Assembly (NCBI GenBank): GCA_964528565.1
Contig: CAZGSP010000039.1
Span: 10,411-74,410 of the forward strand
Origin: an uncultured Pseudomonadales bacterium
GTDB taxonomy: Bacteria > Patescibacteriota > Microgenomatia > UBA1400 > MFAQ01
Length of the DNA stretch: 64,000 nt
Direction of reading: 5' to 3'
Part shown: positions 48,451-58,008 of the stretch, one piece after another
Layout of the letters: each line of letters starts with the position of its first letter
Numbering within the stretch: position 1 is the first letter of the stretch
Translations under genes and position numbers: made by a program
Notes under the pieces: model-generated
Database searches by the model: none
Told to the model about the DNA's origin: nothing
The model's input: the letters and a program-made list of their open reading frames with translations, nothing else

Positions 48451-49691
48451 TGCGTCTTGAGACGGGGCTTAAATAAGTCGGCGATCAAAAAAATGCTAAC
48501 GCCGGCAAATAGACTCCTAACCGAACTCTTGAGAAAAATCAAGTCGGTTTTTCCGGCCAGTAACTTGTCCATTCCGGGAAAATTATTTAGATTCCGATTA
48601 ATCACGGCGAAAAGGCCTACCGAAAGCGAGTTATCAAAGGTTAAGACAATAAAGACATAACAAGCAAAAAGTGTAAGATCCAGCCAAAGGTTGTGCCAAC
48701 TACTATCCACCAACTCAATAACAATAAAGGGGGCGACCCAGATGAACCATTGAGGGTGATAATGGGTGACGGAAAAAAGAATCAGGAAATAGGCAAGATA
48801 ATACTTCCAAAGATTTTGAACTAAGTTTGAGTTTCTGAAGGCGTGTAAATAGACAAGGACAACACCGATCAAGTATGGATATATCCCCTCTGCGGCCGTC
48901 ACCATCCATTCCATATAAAACATTTTTTGCGACTTGGCGCCGAAGACCATGTATTTAAATGCAGAAGAGCCAAGAAAGGGCGCGATGGTAATGAGATAAG
49001 GCAAAACTCCACAAAGGGTAACTTTGAAGCCCGTCCAAAAATCCTTGGCACTAAAGATAATAAACGGTAGTAAAAAAATCGGGTACTGCTTAAAAGCGGC
49101 TCCGAGCGAGATCATGACCGCGGCCAGGTAAAGATTTTTCTTTTTGGCAAAGTACAAAGAAAGCACGGTAAAGAGCACGGGAATGATATCGAAAACACCC
49201 ATGGCAAAAGTGGCATAAAGGGTGACCGGATTAAATAGCCAGAGGAGAAAAGCCCATCTTTTTTTCTTCACATCTTCAAAAAGAGAACTCAGGGCAAAAG
49301 CAACCCCGATATCAACTAATAAGTAAGGTAACTTAAGAAGGATCAGGTTGAAAGAAAGGGCGGGCAATTTGTAGACCGAAATACCGTTCATCAGACTAAG
49401 AAAGAAATTTTCCGGAATGATCAAGGTAAAGAGCTTAAGAAATGATCCCAAGGTAAAGTACGTTAAAGGCGGATAGATAAAGATATCCCCTACTCCGAAA
49501 TTTTGGACCAAAGGATGAGTGGCCGGTAGACTAACCAGATAGTCATAAATGTTAAAAACATTTTTATAGGCGAAAAAATAACTTGTGAGAACCTGGCCGG
49601 ACAAATCGGGATGAAAGGTAATGCCGGAAATAACCAGCCTGAGGACGATAGCCGATATTAGTGCTATGACCAGACCCTTGGTGAATTTCAT
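48447..49691 (-). CDS. GT-C glycosyltransferase, GT87/DUF2029 (PimE/PIG-M-like)
   Basis: FHPDL, YPPL, KLPYLLVD, FNP...GVFDIIP, KQYP and HPQW motifs. Confidence 0.78.
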   Translation of the reverse strand: MKFTKGLVIALISAIVLRLVISGITFHPDLSGQVLTSYFFAYKNVFNIYDYLVSLPATHPLVQNFGVGDIFIYPPLTYFTLGSFLKLFTLIIPENFFLSLMNGISVYKLPALSFNLILLKLPYLLVDIGVAFALSSLFEDVKKKRWAFLLWLFNPVTLYATFAMGVFDIIPVLFTVLSLYFAKKKNLYLAAVMISLGAAFKQYPIFLLPFIIFSAKDFWTGFKVTLCGVLPYLITIAPFLGSSAFKYMVFGAKSQKMFYMEWMVTAAEGIYPYLIGVVLVYLHAFRNSNLVQNLWKYYLAYFLILFSVTHYHPQWFIWVAPFIVIELVDSSWHNLWLDLTLFACYVFIVLTFDNSLSVGLFAVINRNLNNFPGMDKLLAGKTDLIFLKSSVRSLFAGVSIFLIADLFKPRLKTQ

Positions 49692-49697
49692 GGTTTA

Positions 49698-49796
49698 AGT
49701 ATATCAAGACTTGGAGTACGATATCTTAGTGAAGAATTTCTTCATATTTTTAGGCAGGTGGGATGTTTATGTCAAAAAATAAATTTTTGCTAAAAT
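49698..49796. promoter_or_regulatory. Divergent pair of extended -10 promoters, each 6 nt from the start codon
   Basis: Minus strand: TGA-TATACT (49706-49698), 6 nt, ATG 49691. Plus strand: TGC-TAAAAT (49788-49796), 6 nt, GTG 49803. Confidence 0.65.
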
Positions 49797-49802
49797 TAAG
49801 CG

Positions 49803-51353
49803 GTGACAAAAAAGAAATGGTGGATTTTGGTATTTATCTTTGTGCTCGCACTCATGGTTCGATTTTATGCTTTTCGGGAAAGTATTTACTTTGGTTTTGA
49901 TCAGGCCAGAGATGCCTATTTATCACAAGAAATATATTTAAAACACGATATAAAGCTGATCGGTCCGCCTGTTTCCGGTGATGTTGGGTTGTTCCACGGT
50001 CCATTATTTTGGTACTTAGTTGGACCGGTTTATTTGATTTTTAAAGGCGATCCGGCAATGGTGTCGGCAGTTTTTAGGGTATTAAACGCTTTGGGAGTAT
50101 TTTTGGTTTTTGGGATTGGTAGTTCTTTATTCACGCCATTCGCGGGTTACCTGGCCGCAGTTTTTTATGCGGTATCTTTCGAGGAGAGTCAATATGCCAT
50201 GTACGTTGGGAACCCGAGTCTTGGGGTACTTTCAATCCTTTTGATATTTTCGGGGGCTACTCTAATTTATAAGAAAAGTAAATACGCAAAATGGAGCCCT
50301 ATTCTGATGCTTGGAGGAGCGGCGTTATCGACTCAAATGAACCTTATGTTCGTCTATACATTTTTCATGGTCGCTGCCTTACTTCTTGTTCTCAGAAAGC
50401 AAACTTCAACGATATCCAAGAAAATGTGGTTCGCCGGGGTTGGCGTGGCGGGGGCAATTCTTTCATCTTTTCTGTTGGTAGAGCTTAAATATGGATTTAG
50501 AAGTTTTAAGCTAGCTTATTCATTATTTACAAAGGGATATGGGGTAATGGATTCTCATGCATCAAAGTACATACTTTTCATTAGTAAATTCCTGAGAATG
50601 TTTAGAGATAATATCATCGGTGTTGATGCTTATATTTTGGTTGGACTTGTAGCAATATTTGTTTCCATATGGTTGCTTTACCATGCTCAAAAAAAAGTAT
50701 CATTCCGAATTTTGGCGATATGGGTGTTTGGTTGGGTCTTTCTAATGTTTCTGGGAGGACATACAGCCTACTATACAAATGCCGGTTTGGGAGTAGCGGT
50801 AATTATAGCCCTGGCTGTGCTAATTGAGAGAATCGGCAGTCAAAATAAATGGCTGGGGATCTTCTTTGCCACCTTCATAGTCTTTGGAAATTTAAATTTG
50901 ATCCGGTTTCAATCACCGAACAGTTTGATCCAGGAAATTATCACCCAGCCGATGATGCGGCTTTCCGATGAATATAAAATGATAGACAAAATGTATGAAG
51001 TGGTAGGGGGAAGGGGCTTTACCGTCCGGATTACGGGAGTACCGTACAGTATCCCTACCGTGTGGGCATATCTATTTCATTTTTATGGTTTAAAGAAATA
51101 TGGCTACCTCCCATATTGGGAAACCGGAAACATATTGGGTTTCCCGGGAGAGATGCCGGTTCCGACAAACGGAACTACGTGTTTTAGATTTTTAGGGAGG
51201 GAACCAATGCGCGGATTACCTCAAGTGCTTGTCGATTACGATGAGGGTCGGGAAAGGCCGTTCTCGACAGTGGTAAATATGGATTCGATTGGTGAGTTTA
51301 CCCTCGAAACCAGATGGGTAGTGAACTTAAGATGTCACAACCGGCGTCCTTAG
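49803..51353 (+). CDS. GT-C membrane glycosyltransferase (DQARD subfamily)
   Basis: FGFDQARD, LIGPP, HGPLFWY and GNP motifs; multi-TM. Confidence 0.8.
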   Translation: MTKKKWWILVFIFVLALMVRFYAFRESIYFGFDQARDAYLSQEIYLKHDIKLIGPPVSGDVGLFHGPLFWYLVGPVYLIFKGDPAMVSAVFRVLNALGVFLVFGIGSSLFTPFAGYLAAVFYAVSFEESQYAMYVGNPSLGVLSILLIFSGATLIYKKSKYAKWSPILMLGGAALSTQMNLMFVYTFFMVAALLLVLRKQTSTISKKMWFAGVGVAGAILSSFLLVELKYGFRSFKLAYSLFTKGYGVMDSHASKYILFISKFLRMFRDNIIGVDAYILVGLVAIFVSIWLLYHAQKKVSFRILAIWVFGWVFLMFLGGHTAYYTNAGLGVAVIIALAVLIERIGSQNKWLGIFFATFIVFGNLNLIRFQSPNSLIQEIITQPMMRLSDEYKMIDKMYEVVGGRGFTVRITGVPYSIPTVWAYLFHFYGLKKYGYLPYWETGNILGFPGEMPVPTNGTTCFRFLGREPMRGLPQVLVDYDEGRERPFSTVVNMDSIGEFTLETRWVVNLRCHNRRP

Positions 51354-52165
51354 TCGCGGAACTTTTTCCGGCGAAGAATTACCTGCCACTTGTGGCCGAT
51401 CCATAATACCGTATTCAGGATTGACGAATAGACAGGACCGTAATAGATTTGAGCGGACTTGAGAAGAGGGCTTTTTAGATGGGAGACAAAGTTCCCGCTG
51501 GCACCGTGGGCGTGTTGGACTTTTGCGCGGGGGAGATAATAAACCGGCAAGCCTGACCGGTAAAGGCGCCGACAAAATTCAACATCTTCATAGTAAAGAA
51601 AAAACCGTTCGTCTAAACCCCCGACTTGATCGAAGGTAATCTTTGGAACCAGGAAAGCGGCCATTACAGCCACTTCGACTTTGGTCACTTCATCACCGGG
51701 ATTATATTTTTTGAAACAATTTTTGCAGCCGAAAAAGTTGTATTTTATGGCATTCCAAATGGTCGGGAATTTGGAACAAGACGGCTGAATGCTGCCGTCG
51801 TAATTTAATAGCCGGGGAGCGACGGCTCCCAGGCCTGGATGCTCTTTGGCAAAATCAAGTAATAATCTTAGGGCCGAACCAACGATCCTGGTGTCGGGGT
51901 TGATAAGGAGAACATATTTCCCTTTGGCTGCCTTTATCCCCCGGTTTACCGCTTTGGCAAAACCAACGTTTTCGGTGTTTCGAATAACGGTTGGCTTGAG
52001 GGAGTGTTTCTCGGCTTTATCCGCTCCTTTATCGGCCGGGTAGTTATCTACCACGATGATTTCCTTGGCAATGCCGTCGCGATTTTTCTTGATAGAGTCC
52101 AAAAAGGGACCGATGGTGTCTTCCGATTTGTAGCCGACAGTGATGATGGAGAGCTCCGGTTTCAT
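51350..52165 (-). CDS. GT2 glycosyltransferase (WbbL-like)
   Basis: VVDN, NVGFAKAVN, LINPD, FFLYYEDVEFC and HAHGAS motifs. Start refined to the ATG at 52165 (ATGA overlap). Confidence 0.9.
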   Translation of the reverse strand: MKPELSIITVGYKSEDTIGPFLDSIKKNRDGIAKEIIVVDNYPADKGADKAEKHSLKPTVIRNTENVGFAKAVNRGIKAAKGKYVLLINPDTRIVGSALRLLLDFAKEHPGLGAVAPRLLNYDGSIQPSCSKFPTIWNAIKYNFFGCKNCFKKYNPGDEVTKVEVAVMAAFLVPKITFDQVGGLDERFFLYYEDVEFCRRLYRSGLPVYYLPRAKVQHAHGASGNFVSHLKSPLLKSAQIYYGPVYSSILNTVLWIGHKWQVILRRKKFRD

Positions 52166-53043
52166 ATTGATTTTGAGATGTGGGACAGGACGTTTGAGTC
52201 GGAAATAATAAAGTTCCGTTTCAAATGAGGATGGGTCATGAACCTCCACAACGAAGACCAAACAACCCGAAGATATCCGGGGTGTTTAAGAGAGTGAGTG
52301 ATGAGAAAAATTAGGTGACCAAATACCAAACCAGGATCCTTAACGTTTAACCAATTAAAAAGTAATTCGTTTCTTTGTTTTATTAGACTGATATAACGAG
52401 GATCCAACTTTTTTGAGGTGGATTCGTGATCGTGAATAACTGATGCCGAGGGTTCCCAAATTATTTTGTAGCCGCTTTTCCAGGCGCGATAACCAATGTC
52501 GATATCTTCCCAATAAAACGGCGCGTAGATCTCATCCATCCCGCCCAACTCATTCCAAATACTTCTTCTAAAGATGGCGCTACCGCCGGACGCCCAGGCG
52601 GAGAGAACCGGTTTTGTTTTATCTTTGCCGTGAGTAAACTGCATCTTGCCACCCGCCCAATACATGTCCGGCCATGAAGCCCCCTCTTCGTTGAAAGTAA
52701 CAGCAAAAACTTCGGGGTCGTCAAAATATTTCATGACTTTGGCGTCGTATCCTTGAAGAGGACGAACGTCGTTGTTGATGAGGGTGAAAAATTCCGAGTC
52801 CGATTTGGCTATTCCCTGATTGACCGGTTTGGTATACCCCAAGTTGGTTTTATTTCTGACGATAATAGCCCGGGGGTAGTTCTTCTCTAGCCAAACCAAT
52901 GTGTCGTCTTCGCTCCCATTATCGATGACGATCAGACGCCCAAGGTTTTCAGTGTTCTCCACTATATAGGGAAGATTCTTCTCCAGTAGATAGCGCGCGT
53001 TGAAGCTGGGAATAATGATGTCGATCGTCTTTTGGTTAGCCAC
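52162..53043 (-). CDS. GT2 glycosyltransferase
   Basis: IIIPSFN, IDNGSED, LINND, YWEDIDIGYRAWK and HDHEST motifs. The start is likely the GTG at 53043, with TGGTATACT 7 nt upstream. Confidence 0.9.
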   Translation of the reverse strand: MANQKTIDIIIPSFNARYLLEKNLPYIVENTENLGRLIVIDNGSEDDTLVWLEKNYPRAIIVRNKTNLGYTKPVNQGIAKSDSEFFTLINNDVRPLQGYDAKVMKYFDDPEVFAVTFNEEGASWPDMYWAGGKMQFTHGKDKTKPVLSAWASGGSAIFRRSIWNELGGMDEIYAPFYWEDIDIGYRAWKSGYKIIWEPSASVIHDHESTSKKLDPRYISLIKQRNELLFNWLNVKDPGLVFGHLIFLITHSLKHPGYLRVVWSSLWRFMTHPHLKRNFIISDSNVLSHISKSI

Positions 53044-53050
53044 TACCTCT

Positions 53051-53089
53051 AGTATACCAAGGCTGGGCATAGGTTGAGAGTGTTAGAAT
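53051..53089. promoter_or_regulatory. Divergent extended -10 promoters
   Basis: Minus strand: TGG-TATACT (53059-53051) before GTG 53043. Plus strand: TGT-TAGAAT (53081-53089) before TTG 53095 or ATG 53101. Confidence 0.6.
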
Positions 53090-53100
53090 TAAAATTGAAA

Positions 53101-55347
53101 ATGAAAAAAATCATAAGACTGTGGCCAGTTCTAGTTTTTGCCGTCGCCTGTTTTGTCTATTACTGGAAAGTATTCCTCAAGGGTTATGTTCCGTTCCCCG
53201 GAGACCTAATGGTGGGTGCTTATCTTCCGTGGCTGGAAAATAAATGGGGTTTCCCAACGGGAGTACCCGTAAAGAACCCTTTGATCTCCGATATATTTTC
53301 GCAATTTTATATGTGGAAAAGTTTGATTGGAGAAGGCTGGAGACATCTGACCATACCGTTATGGAATCCTTATTCTTATTCGGGATATCCACTTCTGGCG
53401 ACTTTTCACTCCGGAGTTTTTTATCCTTTTACCTTTATTTATGCTCTCCTGGGAGATATTAAGGGGTGGAATTTCTTAGTAATCTTTCCCTCTTTTGCCA
53501 CGGCTCTAACAATGTATTTCTTCTTGCGCCAAATTAAAGTCGGCAAGGTTGGCGCAGTTGTCGGAGGCTTGGTTTATGCGTATTCCGGATTTGCGATTAG
53601 CTGGGCACAGTTTGTGACCGCTGATCAGGCAATGATCTGGATGCCTCTGGTTTTAATTATTCTCGAAAAATATTTTGAATCAAAAAAGAAATATTATTTA
53701 TACTGGCTACCGATACTTTTCTTCTTATTGGTGACGGCGGGGCATTTTCAAATAATGGTGTATATCACAGTGCTATCCGCGGCGTACTTCGTCTGGAAGT
53801 GGATAGAAAAAAGGGACCTTAAGGATCTGGCGGTGATGATTGTTCCCGGGGTATTAACCTTTGGCCTTTCGGCTTTTCAACTGTTACCGACCTTGGAACT
53901 GACAAAGTACGGATTAAGATCGGTGGAAAATTATATCGCCCAATATAACTACGGTTTGCTACCGATAAAATATTTGGTGACATTAATTGCGCCAGATTAT
54001 TTTGGTAATCCGGCTACCGGCAATTTTTTTGGAGTTTTTAATTATCATGAGGCTATTTTTTATACCGGAATATTTGCGGTGTTCTGTTTCTTACTATCGC
54101 TTTTTATGTACCGTTCCAACAAGTACATTCGATTCTTTGTTTGGGTAGTGGTCTTTGCTTTTTTGTTTGGATTTGACACTTTTTTAGGCAAAGCGGTTTA
54201 TATATATAACGTCCCGGGAATCGCGACAAGTGCAGCGGGGAGAGTGGCCGTAATTTTTTCGATGGGTCTTGCGGTTTTAGCCGGAATTATAATTTCAAAC
54301 CTCGAAAAGATAAGTTACAAGAAAATACTGCTGACTATAGGAATCGTCTCAACAATATATATCTTGTTGTATTATCTGGCTAAGTTTAGTGACGGGATGT
54401 TGCTTACTCCCGATAATCCAAATATGCTGTTGGCGGTCAGGCGTGCAGTAACATTGCGCAATCTCTTGCTTCCGGGTGCTTTGGTTGGAGCATATTCGAT
54501 ACTTCTGCTTCTTTCTCGAAAATGGCGGATTTTTTCGGCCGCCATCATAGTCCTTGTCTGCCTGGAGATGTTTCGGTTTGGATGGAAATACATCCCGTTT
54601 GTCCCCGAAAGAATCGTCTATCCGGAAACTCCCATTACTCAGTACCTGGAAGAAAAGGGTAGGTCCGAGGTTTTTAGAATCGACCGTGAGCGGGCTGAAG
54701 TATTGCCTCCGGCCACTTGGATGCAGTACCGACTTATGAGCCCTTCAGGATACGACCCAATGGCTATAAGGGGCTATGCCGAGATCTATCAGAAAGTAAT
54801 CAATGGGAATTTAAGTGGACAAGTAGGAAGATATTCCGAGTTGGAGAGATATGATTCAAAGGCTCTGGGGGAATTCAATGTGAAATATTTGGTGGTGGTG
54901 AAGAGAGATAAAGTTGGAAAGTTGGGAGGAGATTTTATCAACTTTTCCATTGATCAAAAGGAATGGAAGAAAGCTTTTGAAACCTCGGAAACAGCGATTT
55001 TGGAAAACACAAATTACCGGCCCAGAGCAAGATTTGTCGATTCAACAGATAGTGAAGCAAAAATTACTTCTTATACCCCAAACACCATCAAAATTTCATT
55101 TAGTAAGGGAGCCGGTAAAACTCTTTTGCTCGCCGATACCTGGTATCCGGGATGGAAGGCTTATGTAAACGGCTCTGAGGTGGTGATTGATAAGTGTGAT
55201 GGCATTTTTAGATGTATTAAATTAACCGACGATAATGGAGAAGTTATCTTTGATTACCGGCCGGCCAGTTTTCGGATAGGATTAATGATCAGTATTTTGA
55301 GTTTGATAGGGACAGTGATCGCCTTGGCTGTCCTAAAAAAGAAGTGA
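53101..55347 (+). CDS. YfhO family GT-C membrane protein
   Basis: PLWNPYSYSGYPLLA, AGHFQ, QLLPTLE, GYDP, NVKY, DTWYPGWKAYVNG and YRPASFRIG motifs. Confidence 0.88.
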   Translation: MKKIIRLWPVLVFAVACFVYYWKVFLKGYVPFPGDLMVGAYLPWLENKWGFPTGVPVKNPLISDIFSQFYMWKSLIGEGWRHLTIPLWNPYSYSGYPLLATFHSGVFYPFTFIYALLGDIKGWNFLVIFPSFATALTMYFFLRQIKVGKVGAVVGGLVYAYSGFAISWAQFVTADQAMIWMPLVLIILEKYFESKKKYYLYWLPILFFLLVTAGHFQIMVYITVLSAAYFVWKWIEKRDLKDLAVMIVPGVLTFGLSAFQLLPTLELTKYGLRSVENYIAQYNYGLLPIKYLVTLIAPDYFGNPATGNFFGVFNYHEAIFYTGIFAVFCFLLSLFMYRSNKYIRFFVWVVVFAFLFGFDTFLGKAVYIYNVPGIATSAAGRVAVIFSMGLAVLAGIIISNLEKISYKKILLTIGIVSTIYILLYYLAKFSDGMLLTPDNPNMLLAVRRAVTLRNLLLPGALVGAYSILLLLSRKWRIFSAAIIVLVCLEMFRFGWKYIPFVPERIVYPETPITQYLEEKGRSEVFRIDRERAEVLPPATWMQYRLMSPSGYDPMAIRGYAEIYQKVINGNLSGQVGRYSELERYDSKALGEFNVKYLVVVKRDKVGKLGGDFINFSIDQKEWKKAFETSETAILENTNYRPRARFVDSTDSEAKITSYTPNTIKISFSKGAGKTLLLADTWYPGWKAYVNGSEVVIDKCDGIFRCIKLTDDNGEVIFDYRPASFRIGLMISILSLIGTVIALAVLKKK

Positions 55348-56934
55348 TCATCTAGAGCATTGGGCCATCATCTGCACTTTGGCGTGCCAGGGAAAAATGA
55401 CTTCCTTGACCAGACATAATTTAGAGAAATTTCCCAGCCAAGCTGCTGTTCTTTGTGGCATATCGAAATCTTCTTCAATGATCAGGAAGGTTAAATTATT
55501 TTCACCTACGGATCTTTTTTTCGTCCACAGTTTATCAACGTCTTTAATATATTCGGGTTGATTGGGAAGATAAGCAACGTCGGCCGGTTGATAGCCGAAG
55601 GTTTTGGTGCCGTACCACCAAAAAAGATGGTTATAAGGAAAATCGTAGACGGAAGGAAGGTAACTATAGACCTTGAATCCCTTTCCGGCGGCGTTTTGAT
55701 ATACCCAATCAATTGCCCGGAGTTCGTTTCTCATATTACTTCTGTCGTCCGATGGTTTAAAGGCGACATCTCTGGTGTAGTCTATTTGTGACTTGAGCGA
55801 ATAGTAAATTGTCAGTCCTACAAGACAAAGGGCAAAGACTTTAATGACCGGAGTTTTTGATTCAAAGAGAAAATTTACAAAGGAGGCGAAGAAGATGACG
55901 ATGGGTATGGATAAACCAAGCGTGTACCAAATCTTCAGACTTTGGGGGAAAAGAAGATAAAAAACGGCGGCAAATAGAATGAAATAAAAAGACACGGACC
56001 AGACTGCAAATTCATCGGTCTTTGACTTTTCCCGAAGGGTCAAGAGAATAAAGAGAAAAATAATTAGACCAATGATAAACAGGTACGGCAGGTAGTTTGG
56101 CGGCAGATGACTGGAGCGGAAGACCAAAAGTTGGAAGTGATCCCAACGCTGAAGTAGTTTGTCACTCAAACTTATTTTTTCTCCCAACATGGTCCCCTTT
56201 CCGGTAACTTCACCAATTAACAACTTGGTCATAATAAACCCATGCTTTAACTCAAAAAGGGCCTGCGGAAGTAAGGTGATGGTGAATCCGATTATTAAAT
56301 TTAATAATTTTTTGATATTGGTTTTATCAAATAAAAGATAGATTAAGGCAAAAGGAAAAAGAAGAATACCAAAAGCGGCCTCAATTTGCAGAGCTAGCCC
56401 AGCGACCAGCCCTAACAGGAGAGTGTTTCTATCACTTTTATGACGTATGGCAGCTACGAGGACCGCAAAAAAGAAGATCGTAAAGAAAGGCATGGAGTTG
56501 GCATTCCAAAAGTAGCGGGCGGTATTAAACCCGGTGGGCATAAGAAAGAGAAAGAGAGCAGTAATACCGGCCAGGGAAACACTCTTCTTTTTGAGAACCA
56601 GCCACAAGACGATGACCGATATTTGATACCAAAGTATCTGCCAGTAGACTATGGCCGATGGGTTTCCTCCACTTAGAATAAAGGGGATCAGGTTAAAGTA
56701 ATACCAGAATGGTCCTAAGAGGACCCCATTGATGCTGGTAGTGGGTCCGACAAGTCTGGGGGAAAAGGTAACAACCATATGACGGATATCGACCATGTCC
56801 CGACCCTGATCCATGGTAAAGGGATAATTGCCACCCGTCACTTCGGCTACTTTGATGATTGATGTGGTTACCAGAATAATGACCAAAGGGATCGGCCAAA
56901 TATTTTTTGAAATAACATTCAAGAGTTTCTTCAT
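55348..56934 (-). CDS. GT-C membrane glycosyltransferase (DQGRD subfamily)
   Basis: FTMDQGRD, LVGPTTS, LGPFWYY and RYFWNA motifs. Start refined to the ATG at 56934 (ATGA overlap). Confidence 0.8.
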   Translation of the reverse strand: MKKLLNVISKNIWPIPLVIILVTTSIIKVAEVTGGNYPFTMDQGRDMVDIRHMVVTFSPRLVGPTTSINGVLLGPFWYYFNLIPFILSGGNPSAIVYWQILWYQISVIVLWLVLKKKSVSLAGITALFLFLMPTGFNTARYFWNANSMPFFTIFFFAVLVAAIRHKSDRNTLLLGLVAGLALQIEAAFGILLFPFALIYLLFDKTNIKKLLNLIIGFTITLLPQALFELKHGFIMTKLLIGEVTGKGTMLGEKISLSDKLLQRWDHFQLLVFRSSHLPPNYLPYLFIIGLIIFLFILLTLREKSKTDEFAVWSVSFYFILFAAVFYLLFPQSLKIWYTLGLSIPIVIFFASFVNFLFESKTPVIKVFALCLVGLTIYYSLKSQIDYTRDVAFKPSDDRSNMRNELRAIDWVYQNAAGKGFKVYSYLPSVYDFPYNHLFWWYGTKTFGYQPADVAYLPNQPEYIKDVDKLWTKKRSVGENNLTFLIIEEDFDMPQRTAAWLGNFSKLCLVKEVIFPWHAKVQMMAQCSR

Positions 56935-57995
56935 AATAAAACCTTGATTTTTTCGTAGAAGTTTTCTGTCGAGAAAATCTTTGATCTTTCCAGGGCACAT
57001 GTGGACATTCCGATCTGCTCTTTGGGGTTGTCTATTAGAGTGGCGGTCACTTTGGCGATCTCCGTATCATTCTCACATAGGAAGCCGGAGTCGGGTGTAA
57101 TAATTTCTTTCTGACCACCTTTGTTGATGACTATCGGAATACAGCCGGAGGCCATAGCTTCCACCGTGGTCATACCAAAGTGCTCCACCTTGTCCGGATC
57201 GGTTTGCTCATTGACTTCGTAACCGGCGGCATGCCAGAAAAATCTGGCTTTGGAGTAAAGCTTCTTTAATTCGTTAAAGTCCGGATTAACAACAAACTCG
57301 ACAGGGAGTCCTTTAGCCATCTTAACTATTTTTTGCATGATCACCTCGTCACCCTTTAAACCACCGGCCAAAATGAGTTTGTAGCCCTTGACCTTCTTGG
57401 ATAACTTTTTGAAGGCCTCGATAAGGACGTCCTGCCGTTTGCCGTGTGAGGGAGAATCGAAACGGGCAACCGAAAGAATAACATCTTCTTTTTTACCCGG
57501 AGTGAAACTATCTATGTCGATAGGCGGATAAAGGACGAATCCTTTGTCTTTAGGTAGATTTTTTTCAAGGACGTTTCGGGTAAAGTCGGAGTTGTAAACG
57601 AACTTTTTGATAAAGACATTCTTGAGATTGTTTACCGTGGGATTGCCACCCAACTTTTTGAAGGGTACCTGAAAGTGAATGATATTGTTCTTGGAAAACA
57701 AGAAGGGGAGACTTCCGTCACTGACCCAAAAGATCAGATCGTAGTCTTTGGTGAACTGGAGCCGTTCGGTGTAAGCGGATTTTTGACTGCAAAGGCCGTA
57801 TGCTTCCTCATCAATAGATATTTTGGAGAGATCCAGACCAAAGCGAAGCTCGGCGGACTTTAATTCATTTTTACTGGGCCAGGCCAGGACGACCGAGTAA
57901 CCGTTTTTAATTAATCCCAGGGCGAAGGTAAGGATATATCTCTCCCCTCCTCCAAGGGTATCGATGTACGGATCGAAAATTAAAGCTTTTTTCAT
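56931..57995 (-). CDS. GT4 glycosyltransferase (ALG11-like)
   Basis: PY..TLGGGER, NSDFT, VLYPP, SVARF, EHFGMTTVEAMASG and GGQKEII motifs. Confidence 0.9.
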   Translation of the reverse strand: MKKALIFDPYIDTLGGGERYILTFALGLIKNGYSVVLAWPSKNELKSAELRFGLDLSKISIDEEAYGLCSQKSAYTERLQFTKDYDLIFWVSDGSLPFLFSKNNIIHFQVPFKKLGGNPTVNNLKNVFIKKFVYNSDFTRNVLEKNLPKDKGFVLYPPIDIDSFTPGKKEDVILSVARFDSPSHGKRQDVLIEAFKKLSKKVKGYKLILAGGLKGDEVIMQKIVKMAKGLPVEFVVNPDFNELKKLYSKARFFWHAAGYEVNEQTDPDKVEHFGMTTVEAMASGCIPIVINKGGQKEIITPDSGFLCENDTEIAKVTATLIDNPKEQIGMSTCALERSKIFSTENFYEKIKVLL

Positions 57996-58008
57996 ATTTG
58001 TATATAGA

